This document shows positions 35,500 through 47,450 of a DNA stretch of 49,251 nucleotides, in pieces. The position numbers were made by a program, and so were the translations under genes. This stretch comes from Nemertoderma westbladi. Taxonomy: Eukaryota; Animalia; Xenacoelomorpha. The DNA lies in contig JAUCBJ010008669.1 in the NCBI GenBank assembly GCA_032718475.1, positions 1-49,251 of the forward strand. Direction: 5' to 3'. Every line of letters begins with the position of its first letter. Position 1 is the stretch's first letter. The notes beneath the pieces were generated by a model that saw only the letters and a list, made by a program, of their open reading frames with translations, did not search any database and was not told the DNA's origin.

Positions 35500-37990
35500 A
35501 GCGTTAGAGAGAGTATAGACCTTCAGACAGGGCAGGGTCCATGGTCCCAAGGATGGAGGCCGTGTTGCCGATGAGAATGGCTATTTGGAGGCATTGTAGG
35601 AGGAACTGATGGGATCGCGGCTCCTGAGTGGTGGCAAGGAGACAAGTACCAATCACCTTAATGAATGCCGCTGTCTCAGGGCCAGGGCGACCAAGGGTCT
35701 CAAAGGCAACAGGGTAGGAGTACCCTCGGTCAATCAGTTCCTGGTACTTCCGATTCTTTAGGGATTCTGCCTCCTCAATGACACGGCCTCAAGCCAACAC
35801 AGTCTGGGCGAGGTGGCTGGGCGTGAGCGGGTCCGCAATGGTTGCGTCCCAGACCATTGTGCGCCCGTGGCTCTATGGGATGAGCATAACCCTGTCAACG
35901 TGCTTCCCTTCTCCCAGGCACATGCCTGGTGGTTCGAGCGGGGCTGGGACCCCACAGCTAGCAAGCGACCGGCGCATGATGTCATTGACCATCGAGTGAC
36001 GTGGATGGCAGCCAGCACTCCTCATGCAAGACAGGCCATGAAGCCCATCTGCAGAGACATCCTTAAGACAGCATGCACAACTGTGGGGCTTGGTGACCTT
36101 ACAGCTAAGGCGGATGGCGACGGATATCCTGAACTGGGTGTCAGTTAGCTTAAGGCCCAGCGAGCTGACTGGGATGGCATCGAGCCAGCAACTGGATACC
36201 GGATCCTCGATGGAGTTGAGGCGGACAATTTCCGAAGTTGACACACCATCTCGTCTAGAGCCACCAGGTGTTGTCAGGGAGTGCGGTACGCCAGGATGTT
36301 AGGGCGTTAGAAGAAATAGAGGGGGGACCAGAGGCCAGGAAGAGGCGCCCCGTAAGAGTAGTGCAGGCTGCCGCTGCAGCCAGGAAGGCAGATGGTGCGA
36401 GCAGCACTGTAGAACTCAACCCGAGGCCTCCCATCTGGGTGGGAGACAGGACTGAGCCCAAGCGGTATCATTAATGCGGACATTCGCAAGGTCCTGGAGT
36501 GCGCTCCAAAGGGTCGAATCATACTCCTCCAGGAGGTCACTGTGCTGGAAACACAGCACAGTCTGGAGGAAGTATGTCAACCGGGGTATGGTGAACGAGT
36601 TCCGAAGAAGGAAGTAGGCATGGTGGGAGTCGAGGAGGGGAAGGCTTTGTCACGGAGACAGGAGGTGGTGGCGCAGTCCCCGATTGGTGCTCCAAGCATC
36701 ATGAGTTTCCCCAGAGGAGGTGTCAGGATGCCCCTGCAAACACTGCCAAACTCTCCGATGATGGAAGTGCGGGACTCATTGGACTCAGCTCCAAGGAAGA
36801 ACAGCTTGCTCTTTACTGGGTTTATGGTGAGCCCATACTTCCTCCCCTTTCAATGACTTTGCGCAGTTCCCCTAGCAAAAGAGATTCCATTCATCCAGAA
36901 AACCACACATGAACCCCGACTGAAGGGACTGAATGGTGGGATTCACAGTGTCACCAAACAGTCGGGGTCCATCAGTGTCACCTTGCTGGACTCCCTCGTC
37001 CCTCCTCCCGAGAGGAGGGTCTCCTCCCCATAGACAAGGAAACTGGTGGCACAATATGCCGCCAGCATGTAGTTATACACACTGGGGTAGTTCTGGTGCA
37101 CTGTTTCCAGGAGGGTGTCTTGCCAAACTGAGTTAAAGGCATTCGAGAAGGCAATCTTTAGGAGAACCATACCCAGATGAACCATGGAGTAGGAGAACCA
37201 TGTGAAGAGTGCCCTTGCAGTGTAGGCAGCTGCTTCCGCTCTATTCTTGGTCCCTATCCCTAGTTGTACATCCCCGTACGAATGTGATTGTTCAGCCTTG
37301 GTAAGGAACCACACGAACTTCGAGCATAGGCGGTGGAAAGAAAATCCCACGGCAATCGGACGCACCCCGCCCCCAGATTTACTGAAGGCGAACAGATTCG
37401 CACCGAAGAACGTGGGGCAGATGGGTAGGGGAACCTTACCAGCAACAACCACATCGACGAAGCGGTACAGGTTGGCAGTGAGGTGGATAGCCGCCTCCCC
37501 ATTAGTGTGGCCTATCAGTTTGTGGAGGATCAGAGGGCGCATACCATCAGGACTACCAGCACTGCCGGACGGGAAAGTCGCAATGAGCTCCACATGGTGA
37601 TGTTGGTTCTGTTACAAGGGGAGGAGGATTGCGTCTGTCGGAAGGGCAGAAAGGGTCTTTAGTCCTTAAGAGTGTTGAGGGTCTCTGGCGTGTTGGGGGC
37701 CATTGAGTCCCTCGAAGCCACCAACCGGATGGCCCCCATTCATGCCCCCATCCTCAATCTTCTCCACCACTGCAGCAGCGAGTCGTATCGTCTCCTCATG
37801 TTCTTTGGCTTGATGGGTTCTGGGTTGGGGTTTGGCAGTGGTACATGATAGTGGATCGCTACGGAACTCTTGAATCCTTCAGTTGCTTTGGGACACGAGC
37901 ATCTTTGTTTGACACCACCCACCCCTTTTTGGGGCGGGGATGCAGTGATGAAAGCGGAGGAGGAGTTTTATCCACTCTGTGGCACCCTCC
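35500..37990 (-). mobile_element. Degenerate CRE-like non-LTR retrotransposon (RT plus restriction-like endonuclease)
   Basis: Across frames: GSAGSPDGMRP, GGGVRPIAVG, QLGIG..AEAA, FSNAFNSV, GVQQGD..GP, GGLGL, WLDAIPVSSLGLKL, CAC..GLHGLSC, WDAT and PVAFETLG. There are many frameshifts. Confidence 0.85.
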
Positions 37991-38039
37991 GGGTTGGCGA
38001 CAACTGAGGAGAGGACCTCGGAGAGGAGAACACCATTTT

Positions 38040-38143
38040 GGTCCTAGACTTCATTTTGTTCTAGACTTTGCTGATGGCCTAGGAGTACTCTCAGAATCAA
38101 TAGAGGGAGCCCAACAATGCCTATTCAGCTCATTAGAACATGC
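38040..38143 (+). mobile_element. Short RTE RT fragment (FADD region) of the same family as 11431-12215
   Basis: LDFADGLGVLSESIEGAQQCLFSSLEHA. It shares GAGCCCAAC..TCAGCTCATTAGAACATGC with 11431-11464. Confidence 0.75.
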
Positions 38144-38662
38144 AATTGGTTTTATGATCTATTATAAAACACGATTAAATTTAGTTTCCAAATCAGAAAA
38201 CCACATATCAATAGCTCTTCTAGTTTTTGAGTTTATGATTCCCATTCACAAACATGCCACTATTTTAGCAATTGGTCTCAAAATTCTTTGAGTGTCTCCG
38301 TAGTAATCAGTGCTTAAAATGTATCAAACAACTTTTTAGTTAATCAAATTTAATACTATTTATAACAAACCTGTAAATTACCATAAATTTTCAGCACCAC
38401 CTAGCGGCGCCGACTCATTTTCCCATATTTGCCTGATATTTTTGTTAAAACTGAAAAACCATATCGAACGGATGTCCGCGGTGTAGTCACATAATGCTCA
38501 TTGCATGAAGTACATCTTGGTCACCACCGGTAGGACAGCGGCACAATCGATGTCCCTAGACCACGACCAGTTTCTAACCGGCGACGCTACGATGATAAAC
38601 GCAACGGGTATAGCTAATCCGAAGTTTATCTGGAATTCCAGAACTGTAAACTTGTACCTGTA

Positions 38663-38767
38663 ACCCTGTGGCCTATTGGTTGTAGTCTTGGCTTCCACCT
38701 CGATGTCCCAGGTTCGAATCCGACACCACGCTGATGAAACCCATTAAGGTCAAAACGCGTACATGGT
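38663..38767 (+). ncRNA. tRNA-derived (Pol III A/B box) element ending in a decayed minimal type I hammerhead ribozyme
   Basis: A box TGGCCTATTGG and B box GGTTCGAATCC (38711-38721), followed by ACCACG-CTGATGA-aACC-cattaa-GGTC-aAAA-CGCG-TA-CaTGGT. Confidence 0.6.
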
Positions 38768-41109
38768 TTGGAGATATATGAGATATTAATTTCAAGAAAA
38801 ATTACGCGATTCCTAAATTTGTACACTACCCAGTTTAAAAGTACGCATGTGATGGGATTAGTCCTACAATTGCGCCAATAAAAGATAAGTTATTTTCGGT
38901 AAAATAAACTTATCATTCGAGGTTAAGACCACTAGATCCCTTCCTATAATAAATGTATAATAACAAACACCTCGAAAAATACAGCTTGCCAGCACATTGT
39001 TACTAACATTCAATAATGCTGATAAGAAAATTGTGAATTTTAGTTTATAGGTGTCTTTAGGTTGGCATTTTTTATTCCTGCGATAATTTTATGGTGCCAA
39101 AAGAAATATTCACGTATATTTTTGTACATAAATATCCTGCACCTATTACATGTATTATTTCAAATTTACTGGTTCGTTTGTAATTCTGAGGCACAAAATA
39201 AGCCGTGTTGCTTATAAGCAACAGAGTTTAGTAAAGGACTGGGAAACGGATCAGAACAGTGGAATTTTAGGTTTTCCCTTTATATGATGTAAAAGCCTTT
39301 AAAATGTTTTTAAAAAATGTAATCCCGACAGTGAAAGTTTTTATTCCATCGGTAATGAGGGTTTATTTTTCGAGTTACACCCATAAAAACAATAAAAACA
39401 CCCCTTCTGTAACGTCTTGGGGCCCTTCCACCTTCTGGGACTCCTGCCATTTTAGAGTTGAATTTACAACTTAAAAGTTGAATTTTTAAAAAAAGTTTTA
39501 AATTTCAACTCAGTTGAAATTTGAACTTCTCCCAGACTGGAATAGGCCTATATCGTCTCCAAATTTTTATTTGCTTACAGCTGTACCTGTACGGTATGCA
39601 GGTATGTAATAACTGAATAAAGGGCGGGAAAACCTGGAAAAGGCTCGAATCTGGAAACAGCTAGAAACACCTTGTTTTAAGGTCGGAAACATCCGCTAGA
39701 AACACCTACCGCCTACCGGTATGTAGATTTATCTAGAATGAGGCAGAAAACTACTGAACTATGTTTTGCTAGATGTTTTTGCGAAAATTCAAAATTAAAC
39801 GTCATAATTAAAATTAACTACCAGTCGCGGTCGTTACATGTCCGTTGCCATGCAAATCCGAGCTGGAGTTTTAAATTACAGAATTGATAACAATTTAGTC
39901 AGTAAATCAATCAGGTAATTCAGTAGAATGCACTGCGTTGTACCCCCGACTGGAATACCGGTACTTACAAAGAGCGCGCCGCAGAACTCGGCGGCGCGGC
40001 AATTAGATTTTAGTGCGCCATACAGCCATACTACAACCAGACAACACCAGCTCCAGTCTCTATGACCACAAATTCAACTGTATTTCGAAAATACAGTAGG
40101 CCTACTTTCAAATTTTGAAATTTGTTTGCTGTGTTTCCTATATGGAATATTGACAAAAAGCGCGCCACACGGATTCTGGTTAAACGAAAAGCGCGCAGCC
40201 ATGACATTCAATGTGCGCCAACCGCCAACCATTGAAAGATTGACCATTAAATTTTGCAATTATTGTAATCATTTATCAGTTTATACTGCAGTACCTACGC
40301 TACAGACATAGAGTTAGACCCACTCCTACTGTATTTTAACATGAAAATGCGAGCCCAGCGAGCAAGAAAATTTTGCAGAAATGTATAAACATAACATGAA
40401 TAGGCGTACAGTAATACTGTAATATTCAGATAGTAGGTCAACCGATTGTTTTTAAATACAGATGTGATTAAATTGCGAGCGTAGCGAGCAAGAAAATTTT
40501 AACATTTTTGGATCAACCGACTATTTTTTACCCACAGATGTGATTATGAATTAAAATCGGAGAGTCGGAGTGTAGCGAGCACGGAAAATCTGCTGAATCG
40601 TGGTTTTGGTTTTAGGCTATATTGGTGTGAACAATTGAAAAACCTTTCAAACAACTCATATTTTGAAAGACATTAAAACTTTGGCCTGATTGGCCATGAT
40701 GATTAACGTGGATTGGATACGCTGATACAGTACCTTCAATGCTCATTCCAGCAATCTGTAGGTTTGTCCATAATGTGGGAGTGCAAAACAGTTCAAGGTA
40801 CGGAACTACCGGTACTTATATAGGTTAATAAACAAATACTGTAATAAAATATCACTGTATGTAATCAAATATCCCTATTCTATTATAGTTATTAGACAGT
40901 TAGAATGATGAATAAGAGCTGAAGAGTAGAGCGTACAGTAGGCAGGTATAACACACAAACGCGAGCGAAGCGAGCGAAAATTTTTAAGGCCTAGGCCTAA
41001 CTCTTTTTAAAATAGACTCTCTGGTAGACCGATATAATTTCAAGTAGAGTGGCTGGATGGATATGTTACTATGCCAATGCATTTTGCTACCGTACATGAC
41101 ATCCATTTC

Positions 41110-41222
41110 CGCGCCAGGATCCTCAATGCGCGCCACACGCCACTGTTCCTTCGCGCCAGGATCCTAAATGCGCGCCACACGCCCCTGTTCCTTCGCGCCA
41201 GGATCCTAAATGCGCGCCACAC
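41110..41222. repeat. 42-bp minisatellite, about 2.7 copies, in a GCGCC-rich element with four GCGAGCG(T/A)AGCGAGC-like motifs
   Basis: Repeats of CGCGCCAGGATCCTAAATGCGCGCCACACGCC.CTGTTCCTT. The motif copies lie at about 40350, 40475, 40570 and 40961. Confidence 0.8.
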
Positions 41223-41514
41223 ATGTTGAGCAAACTCTACATAAATTCCAACCTGGCTGTGTTTAAAGAGAGATAATGGAGTAAAATTAAATTAGAGAAC
41301 ATGTGAAAGAAGTTAAACATTACCAGTACCGGACCGGAAGCACAGTAGGTAGGAATAGGACATTTTGTTTGACATAGGCTATTAAAACAGCTGGCTGTGC
41401 AAGAGCGCGCCGCAGATCTGCACTTAAACCTGTACAGCTGTAGCCTAAGTATTCCAGTCAGGCTTGTACCGGTACCGTTCTTACTGCAGTAACTTGAGTA
41501 GACTACTCATACTC

Positions 41515-42972
41515 CAGTTAGGTACAATGGCCAAATCTGGCAATGATTGTGATTGCCATATTTGGCAACCAAGCAAAATCTGGCAACATTTCTGATTGCC
41601 TGATTTGGCAACTATATAAAGCCGTTGTTGCCATATTTGGCAACTTAACTAACTCATTGAATATGGATTATATGGTTCTGCGTCATTAAGTCCTTCTATG
41701 GCAGTATGGTCATTCCTTAGATCCTGAAATGTTAATGTTAGGCCTAGAAAAAAGGCAAAGGGGTAGGGCCAGGTTACAGGTTATACTTATACCAGTCAGC
41801 CAGTAGTGGCATATTCTAAGTTCTAACCAATACAGCAACATATACTAATAAATTAGGTGAGAATGAGAGTCAATAACACAAACACAGACTGACTGGTGTG
41901 GTGATAGTTTTTTTTGCTTTTTTTTGACATTTTTGCTAGTAATCTCTGGCGCTGCTTGGGGAGGCAGGGAGGTGGTTGATTGTTGTTTGTACCAATAATA
42001 CATAATAGTTTAGTAGTTAAAGATTGTAACTGTGTAATGCTGATACAATTGCCCAGCAATCTACATCATCCTTCACTCTATATCAGTTCAGTATACTGGC
42101 TGACTGGTCTGGTATCAGGGTATATCTATCTTTCCATTCCTACATCAGTATTCAGTACATACAGAACAGACATATAATGAAAATAATTTCATCCCGTTTT
42201 TCATTAGCTGATTAGGGCCTACTAGAAACAATTTGTTGAATCCCTTAACCTGCTAACACGCGTTTTGGTGTTCTCAGTCTTTCTAAATTTTGACACTATT
42301 TTTCTTCCGTCACGCCGTTTCTCAAACTTTAATGCCCTCTTGCCTTCTTGCTGCCTTTTGGTGATGTTAACGTTCTGACGTTGTCAAATATTATTACGTT
42401 TATTTCCATTTCAGCCTTTGCAGCATGTGATTCTTTAGATTTGTTTATGCCTATACCATAGGGCCTATACCAGTCTACCAGTACGGTATCTGTTACAGAC
42501 TCATCCATCTGTCCATTAACATATTAACAACATATCAAATAGGCCTACATTCTGACATTTCATCAACTAATAATGTTTATAAATCATCACAACTCGACTA
42601 GGGTAAGCAAGCAGTAAGCAATTTTGAAGTAATTTACAATGACAGGGTTACTGACAGGACTGCACAATAATAATTGTTGCCAAAAATGGCAACCATTATT
42701 TTTCTTTAATTCTAATGGTTGCCAAAAATGGCAATAATTATTTTAGGCACATTTCGGCCTATTGCTAAGAGAAATTCAGACGATGATTTTTTTTCTTATA
42801 CGGTCAATTATATTAAAATTTCGCGCTCTTTTCACTTAATTATTTACCAAAATGCGATTTTGCTTCTGGGCGTGCGAAAATTAGAAAAACCAAAAGTTGC
42901 CAGATTTGGCAATAAACATTGCCATATGTGGCAACTTTTGAGGTTGCCAGATTTGGCCATTGTACCTAACTG
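41515..42972. mobile_element. Non-autonomous DNA transposon with perfect 29-bp TIRs and a 5-bp TSD (superfamily unclear)
   Basis: CAGTTAGGTACAATGGCCAAATCTGGCAA at both ends, with TACTC on both flanks. Subterminal TTGCCA-N3-TGGCAA palindromes are present. Confidence 0.85.
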
Positions 42973-43389
42973 TACTCATGAACGATTCCGACTAAACTGA
43001 AGGCTTCATGACGGCGACAAATTCTCGGTTGAACATAAACATGGCAGATGGCACATGGAGTAAAAGTAAACCCGAGAACAAAGTCGCCGAGTCCAAATAT
43101 ACCAGGAATGGAAGGCTGATAAACTCTGGTCTAAGGTCTAGTCTAGTACCGGTACAACGCAGTGTATCCACACCGGTTGAATTGTTCCACACTCCTACAC
43201 ACTGGTTGAATTGTTATCTATTCTGCAATTTAAAAATCCCGCTCGGGTTAACATAGCAACGGAGCAACGAATTTTCGTCGAAAAAAAATATGCCGAACTA
43301 TTGTTTTTTTCTGCCTCAATAATTATGATTCTAGGTGTTTCAATATGTTTCTGGCATTAAAACTAGGTGTTTCCACTTTTGAGTACGCA

Positions 43390-43620
43390 CCTTTGCTAAC
43401 AGGGTTGTACCCATCTGGAACTCTCTCTACTGGATAACGTTGTTGATTCTTTAACTGTAAATAGTTTTATTGATAATTTATCTACTGTAGATTTCTTTCC
43501 CTTCTGGAATTTGCATAGATTTTTTATATATTCTGCACTCCATAGTATATAGGCCCCCAAGTAAAGCTTTACTGGGTTGTCTTCTATGGTGGCCCATTTA
43601 GAGTCATTAAAATAATAATA
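43390..43620 (+). mobile_element. 3' end of a CR1/L2-group LINE
   Basis: FANRVVPIWNSL..DNVVDSLTVNSFIDNL, the typical CR1 ORF2 C-terminal motif, then a short UTR and an AAT tail. Confidence 0.65.
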
Positions 43621-44598
43621 TTGGGATAAATGCTTTTGCTTGCTTGCTTTGCATTACTTGTTGTTGTATTTAATTTATTTTGTTATTATGGTGCCAGTAC
43701 AGTACCGGTACACACTAACATACATTACGGTATGTTTTAGTTCTTTATTGTACTTCTTAAAATGCTTTGAAATTGTATTAATAAAAGATAATTATTGAGG
43801 GCTTGTAACTAACCAAAACAATAAACGGAAGTCAATGCACATATTACAGTTTCATAATCAGTTACAAGAACTTAAGTTTTTGTTTAAGTATTAGGTACCG
43901 GTAGTTAATTAATTAAGTGCCAAACATTTTGCTCTGGCGAAGATTGGACGCGGGCGAAGGTTGCTGCATAGGAACTTTTGTAGTTTCATACAACCGCGAC
44001 CGTACGTTGTTCCCAGTATGTCCGGGCACACTGTGTCTTTAAATGAATCGCCAATACTAATAAAATATTTAATATATATCTTTAAACCTGTAATTTAGAA
44101 CCGTACTGGTACCTGATTAGTTCAGAAGTTAATGTCAGTCTTGTTCCAGTCTTCTTATCATTATTTATAGTCATTCTTATCATACAAATATACCAAACAA
44201 TACATGGAGTAAGGAGATGGGCTGGCTGACGTAAAAATGTTAAGATACATATTTAAAATTAATTATTTATTTTCAATTACCGTTTGCTGATTTGGCCCTG
44301 GGGCCCTGACTTCAATGTAACCTATTCCCTCTCACATACCGGTCATTAACCTTTTGTTATAAAAATTAAAACGGGTGTTCTATTTTAGTGTGGGTGAGTA
44401 ATATTTTTGAACTCTGTGAAAACATTTATATGCTATCAAGAAATTGCCGAGATGTTGGCGTTGTGAATTTGCATGCTTTCGCATCATCGCTCGGTCCTTC
44501 GAATCTCCCAAATACTGGTGGTCAGTTCCATCCCTAGTTCAAACTGATACGCTAATCGCGTAGTGCAAATTCATGTATTGATAGTTTTATTTTGGTTA

Positions 44599-44853
44599 CA
44601 TTTGCTTGCCGCTATCACTATAACCTGCGAAGTTTTACTGAAGATTTAATAATGGATCAACATATTAATTTATTGAAAGAGAAATCATCTGGTGCCGGTA
44701 TAATTATAAAGAGAGAACCAACAGACTCCGCCCCCTATTATCTTGATGTTAAACAAGAAAACTGTGTTTACGGATCATCTCCCATCGAAGATCACAACAA
44801 TTTGTTCGGTAGAGTAAATGTTGTCCCTGTACTAGAGTACTGTACTGTAGTTC
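44599..44853 (+). pseudogene. Tandem partial duplicate of the 5' part of the zinc-finger gene
   Basis: MDQH.NLL.EK.SGAGIIIK...VPVL is duplicated. CATTTGCTTG..ACTATAACCTGC marks both unit starts (44599 and 44854). No fingers follow. Confidence 0.85.
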
Positions 44854-45043
44854 CATTTGCTTGTCACTGTCACTATAACCTGCTCTTTTCCGTTACAGCG
44901 ACATGCAACTTTTGAATGCCCTTGTATCATCTATTTATTATATTTATATCGCATGGAATTTATAATTGTGAAGAGTTTGACATACCTAAAACTACTGCCA
45001 CCTGTATTTAATGTATTGATTAAGTTTTACTGAAGATTGAATA

Positions 45044-46309
45044 ATGGATCAACATACTAATTTATTGATAGAAAAATCTGGTGCCGGTATAATTATAAAG
45101 AAAGAACAAACAGACTGTATAATTATAAAGAGAGAACCATCAGACTCCACCCCCTATTATCTTGATGTTAAAAAAGAGAACTGCGTTTACGGTTCATCTC
45201 CCATCGAAGATCACAACAATTTGTTCGGTGCAGCAGTAGATATTGTCCCTGTACTAGATGACGAAGATATTTCTTATGAACCATCTGGAGGTTATTTTAT
45301 TGTTGAAAAACGGGAAAACGACAGCCCAGACTGTTGGTATGGTAGGCCTATTGGAACTGAAGGTACTGAAGCGACAATCAGTTGTGCAACAACAGATTCC
45401 GGTAGTTCTAATGAAACTGTTGGGGAGTTGGTATCTTCTTCAGATACCAGTTCCTGTTTGCATTGTAATGAATTATTTAATGACGAAGGAAATTTAGAGA
45501 GACATATAGAATCCGTTCATAAAGACGTAGAGAATAAGAATAAATGCGATTATTGTGAGAAACTGTTTAAAAGAAAAACTTATGTAAAGTACCATGTTGA
45601 CGATATCCATAAAGGTATAAAATATAAGTGCGATTATTGTAATAAAGAATTCAGCTATCAAACAAATCTAAACACCCACATTAATTTTACCCACAAAGGT
45701 ATCATCAAGTATAGCTGCTCTGATTGTGGAAAATCATTTGCTAGAAAAGACGTACTAAAACAACATGTCGACTCTATACATAAAGATATCAAACATAAGT
45801 GCGATTATTGTAATAAAGAATTCAGCTATCAAAAGAGTCTAAACACCCACGTTAACTTTGCCCACAAAGGTATCATCAAGTATAGCTGCTCCGATTGTGG
45901 AAAATTATTTGCTACAAAAGCCGAACTAAAACAACATGTCGACTCTATACATAAAGATATCACACATAAGTGCGGTTATTGTAATAAAGAATTCAGCCGG
46001 GAAAGGAATCTAAACACCCATGTGAACTACTTTCATAAAGATATCAAGTACAACTGTTTCGATTGCGAAAAATCATTTGCTACTAAAGCCGTACTAAAAC
46101 AACATGTCGAATCGGTTCACAAAGATATAAAACATAAATGTGATTATTGTAATAAAGAATTCAGTTACAAAGACGTACTAAAACAACATGTCGACTCTAT
46201 ACATAAAGATATCAAACATAAGTGCGGTTATTGTAATAAAGAATTCAGTCGGCAAGACTGCCTAAACACACATATCAATTCTGTTCATAAATCTAAAATC
46301 TACCGGTAA
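45044..46309 (+). CDS. C2H2 zinc-finger protein, 421 aa, 10 fingers
   Basis: Uninterrupted ORF with ten CxxC-x12-H-x4-H units. The acidic N-terminus has IKKE, IKRE and VKKE motifs. An upstream acceptor-like tcttttccgttacag lies at about 44884-44898. Confidence 0.92.
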   Translation: MDQHTNLLIEKSGAGIIIKKEQTDCIIIKREPSDSTPYYLDVKKENCVYGSSPIEDHNNLFGAAVDIVPVLDDEDISYEPSGGYFIVEKRENDSPDCWYGRPIGTEGTEATISCATTDSGSSNETVGELVSSSDTSSCLHCNELFNDEGNLERHIESVHKDVENKNKCDYCEKLFKRKTYVKYHVDDIHKGIKYKCDYCNKEFSYQTNLNTHINFTHKGIIKYSCSDCGKSFARKDVLKQHVDSIHKDIKHKCDYCNKEFSYQKSLNTHVNFAHKGIIKYSCSDCGKLFATKAELKQHVDSIHKDITHKCGYCNKEFSRERNLNTHVNYFHKDIKYNCFDCEKSFATKAVLKQHVESVHKDIKHKCDYCNKEFSYKDVLKQHVDSIHKDIKHKCGYCNKEFSRQDCLNTHINSVHKSKIYR

Positions 46310-46999
46310 CAAAATTGTTGTATTTTGTAGTGAACTATATATATATTTGTAACTGATCAAATACATTGATTTTAAGGTTATTAATGTTTTCAGTGAATCT
46401 GATTTTAATGCAACATAAACGAAATCAATCAATGAATCAAAGTGAAACTTATAAATTAGTAGCATGTCGAGTTATATCCCCTTTGACTCCCTTCAACCGA
46501 TTCCCACTTATTCCCATGCACTTATTCCTGCACTTATTACTTTTTTACCAAAACAATAAACGATCACTTTAACAATTCAGTGAATTGGGAGCACTTTACA
46601 GCGGCACTATATCGGTCTAATTCATAAGCCATACAGTTCCCTACAAGCACCAAGCACCAGTATAATTTTGCTGCTTCTGTGAAAAATTTTTGTCACTGAG
46701 AAGTTTTTCTCTGCGGTGGTTTGGTTATGAAAAATTTACTATGTTCCCCCTACGTATAGCACAATATTGTTATAAAATAACCATCAAACTATACACGCTG
46801 ACAATGAGACAAATCACCACTGCTTTATTTTACATAGTAGCAATTTATAAAATATACAGCGCGGGAAATACAAAGTTACAGTAATTTAAGCTGGTGTCAG
46901 CTGTCAGCTACTTACATCATGTAGCATGCTAGTAGCTCAAAGTTTACTGTTTGTCACCGGTATTTATTATCTTACATATTAAATAATTAAATAAATTCC

Positions 47000-47450
47000 T
47001 GAATACCTAGATGGGATCGGGGATGTCATGGATACTGGGGGAGGGTGTCTGACATTTCCATGGCAACGAAAGCATGTCGCGATCCCCCTTATCCCTCACA
47101 TCCAATGCCAATCTCCAACCAGACATCATGTACTCCATCTATCTATATTGATGTTAACGAAACACTCCCTTTCTATGAGGCCGTTGACGGGAATATTTAA
47201 AGACGTCATCAATATCTATAGCAACAGCGACGTATCGATCAAGTACACTATACTGAAATCTTATAAACTTCCTCAAGTTTCTCATTAATAATGTTACCGA
47301 AGTTATCAACATGGTGTATGAAAGATTCTCTCCGCTTATAGCTTGTGTAAGCGGATTCAATTCCACTTCATTACCCACCAGAAAATGGGATAGTGGCATT
47401 TTAGCAATATGCCGGAGATACGAGATTACCAATATTAATCTCGTATCACA
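47000..47450 (-). mobile_element. Highly decayed N-terminus of an L2/CR1-type ORF2 (AP endonuclease region)
   Basis: FLVGNEVELNPL resembles the LLxGDVExNPGP motif at the start of such ORFs. It is followed by weak APE-like stretches (RQRPHRKGV, CLVGD). Confidence 0.35.

Larger units (their letters stand above)
39620..43385. mobile_element. Old long-TIR (MULE/foldback-like) element containing nested insertions
   Basis: About 39655-39900 aligns in inverted orientation with about 43205-43380 (GAAACACCT.GTTTTAA..GAAACA, TGAGGCAGAAAA, TCCGTTGC.ATG, TTTTAAATT.CAGAAT). The arms are diverged and no TSD was found. Confidence 0.55.

Noticed and set aside
37845-38291. 148-aa ORF
   Set aside because: It is a chance read-through across three unrelated pieces: antisense CRE-like sequence, an RTE fragment and a non-coding repeat.
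38663-38727. Functional tRNA gene (TCC anticodon-like loop)
   Set aside because: The acceptor and anticodon stems pair poorly and it runs into a hammerhead-like sequence, so it is treated as a SINE head.
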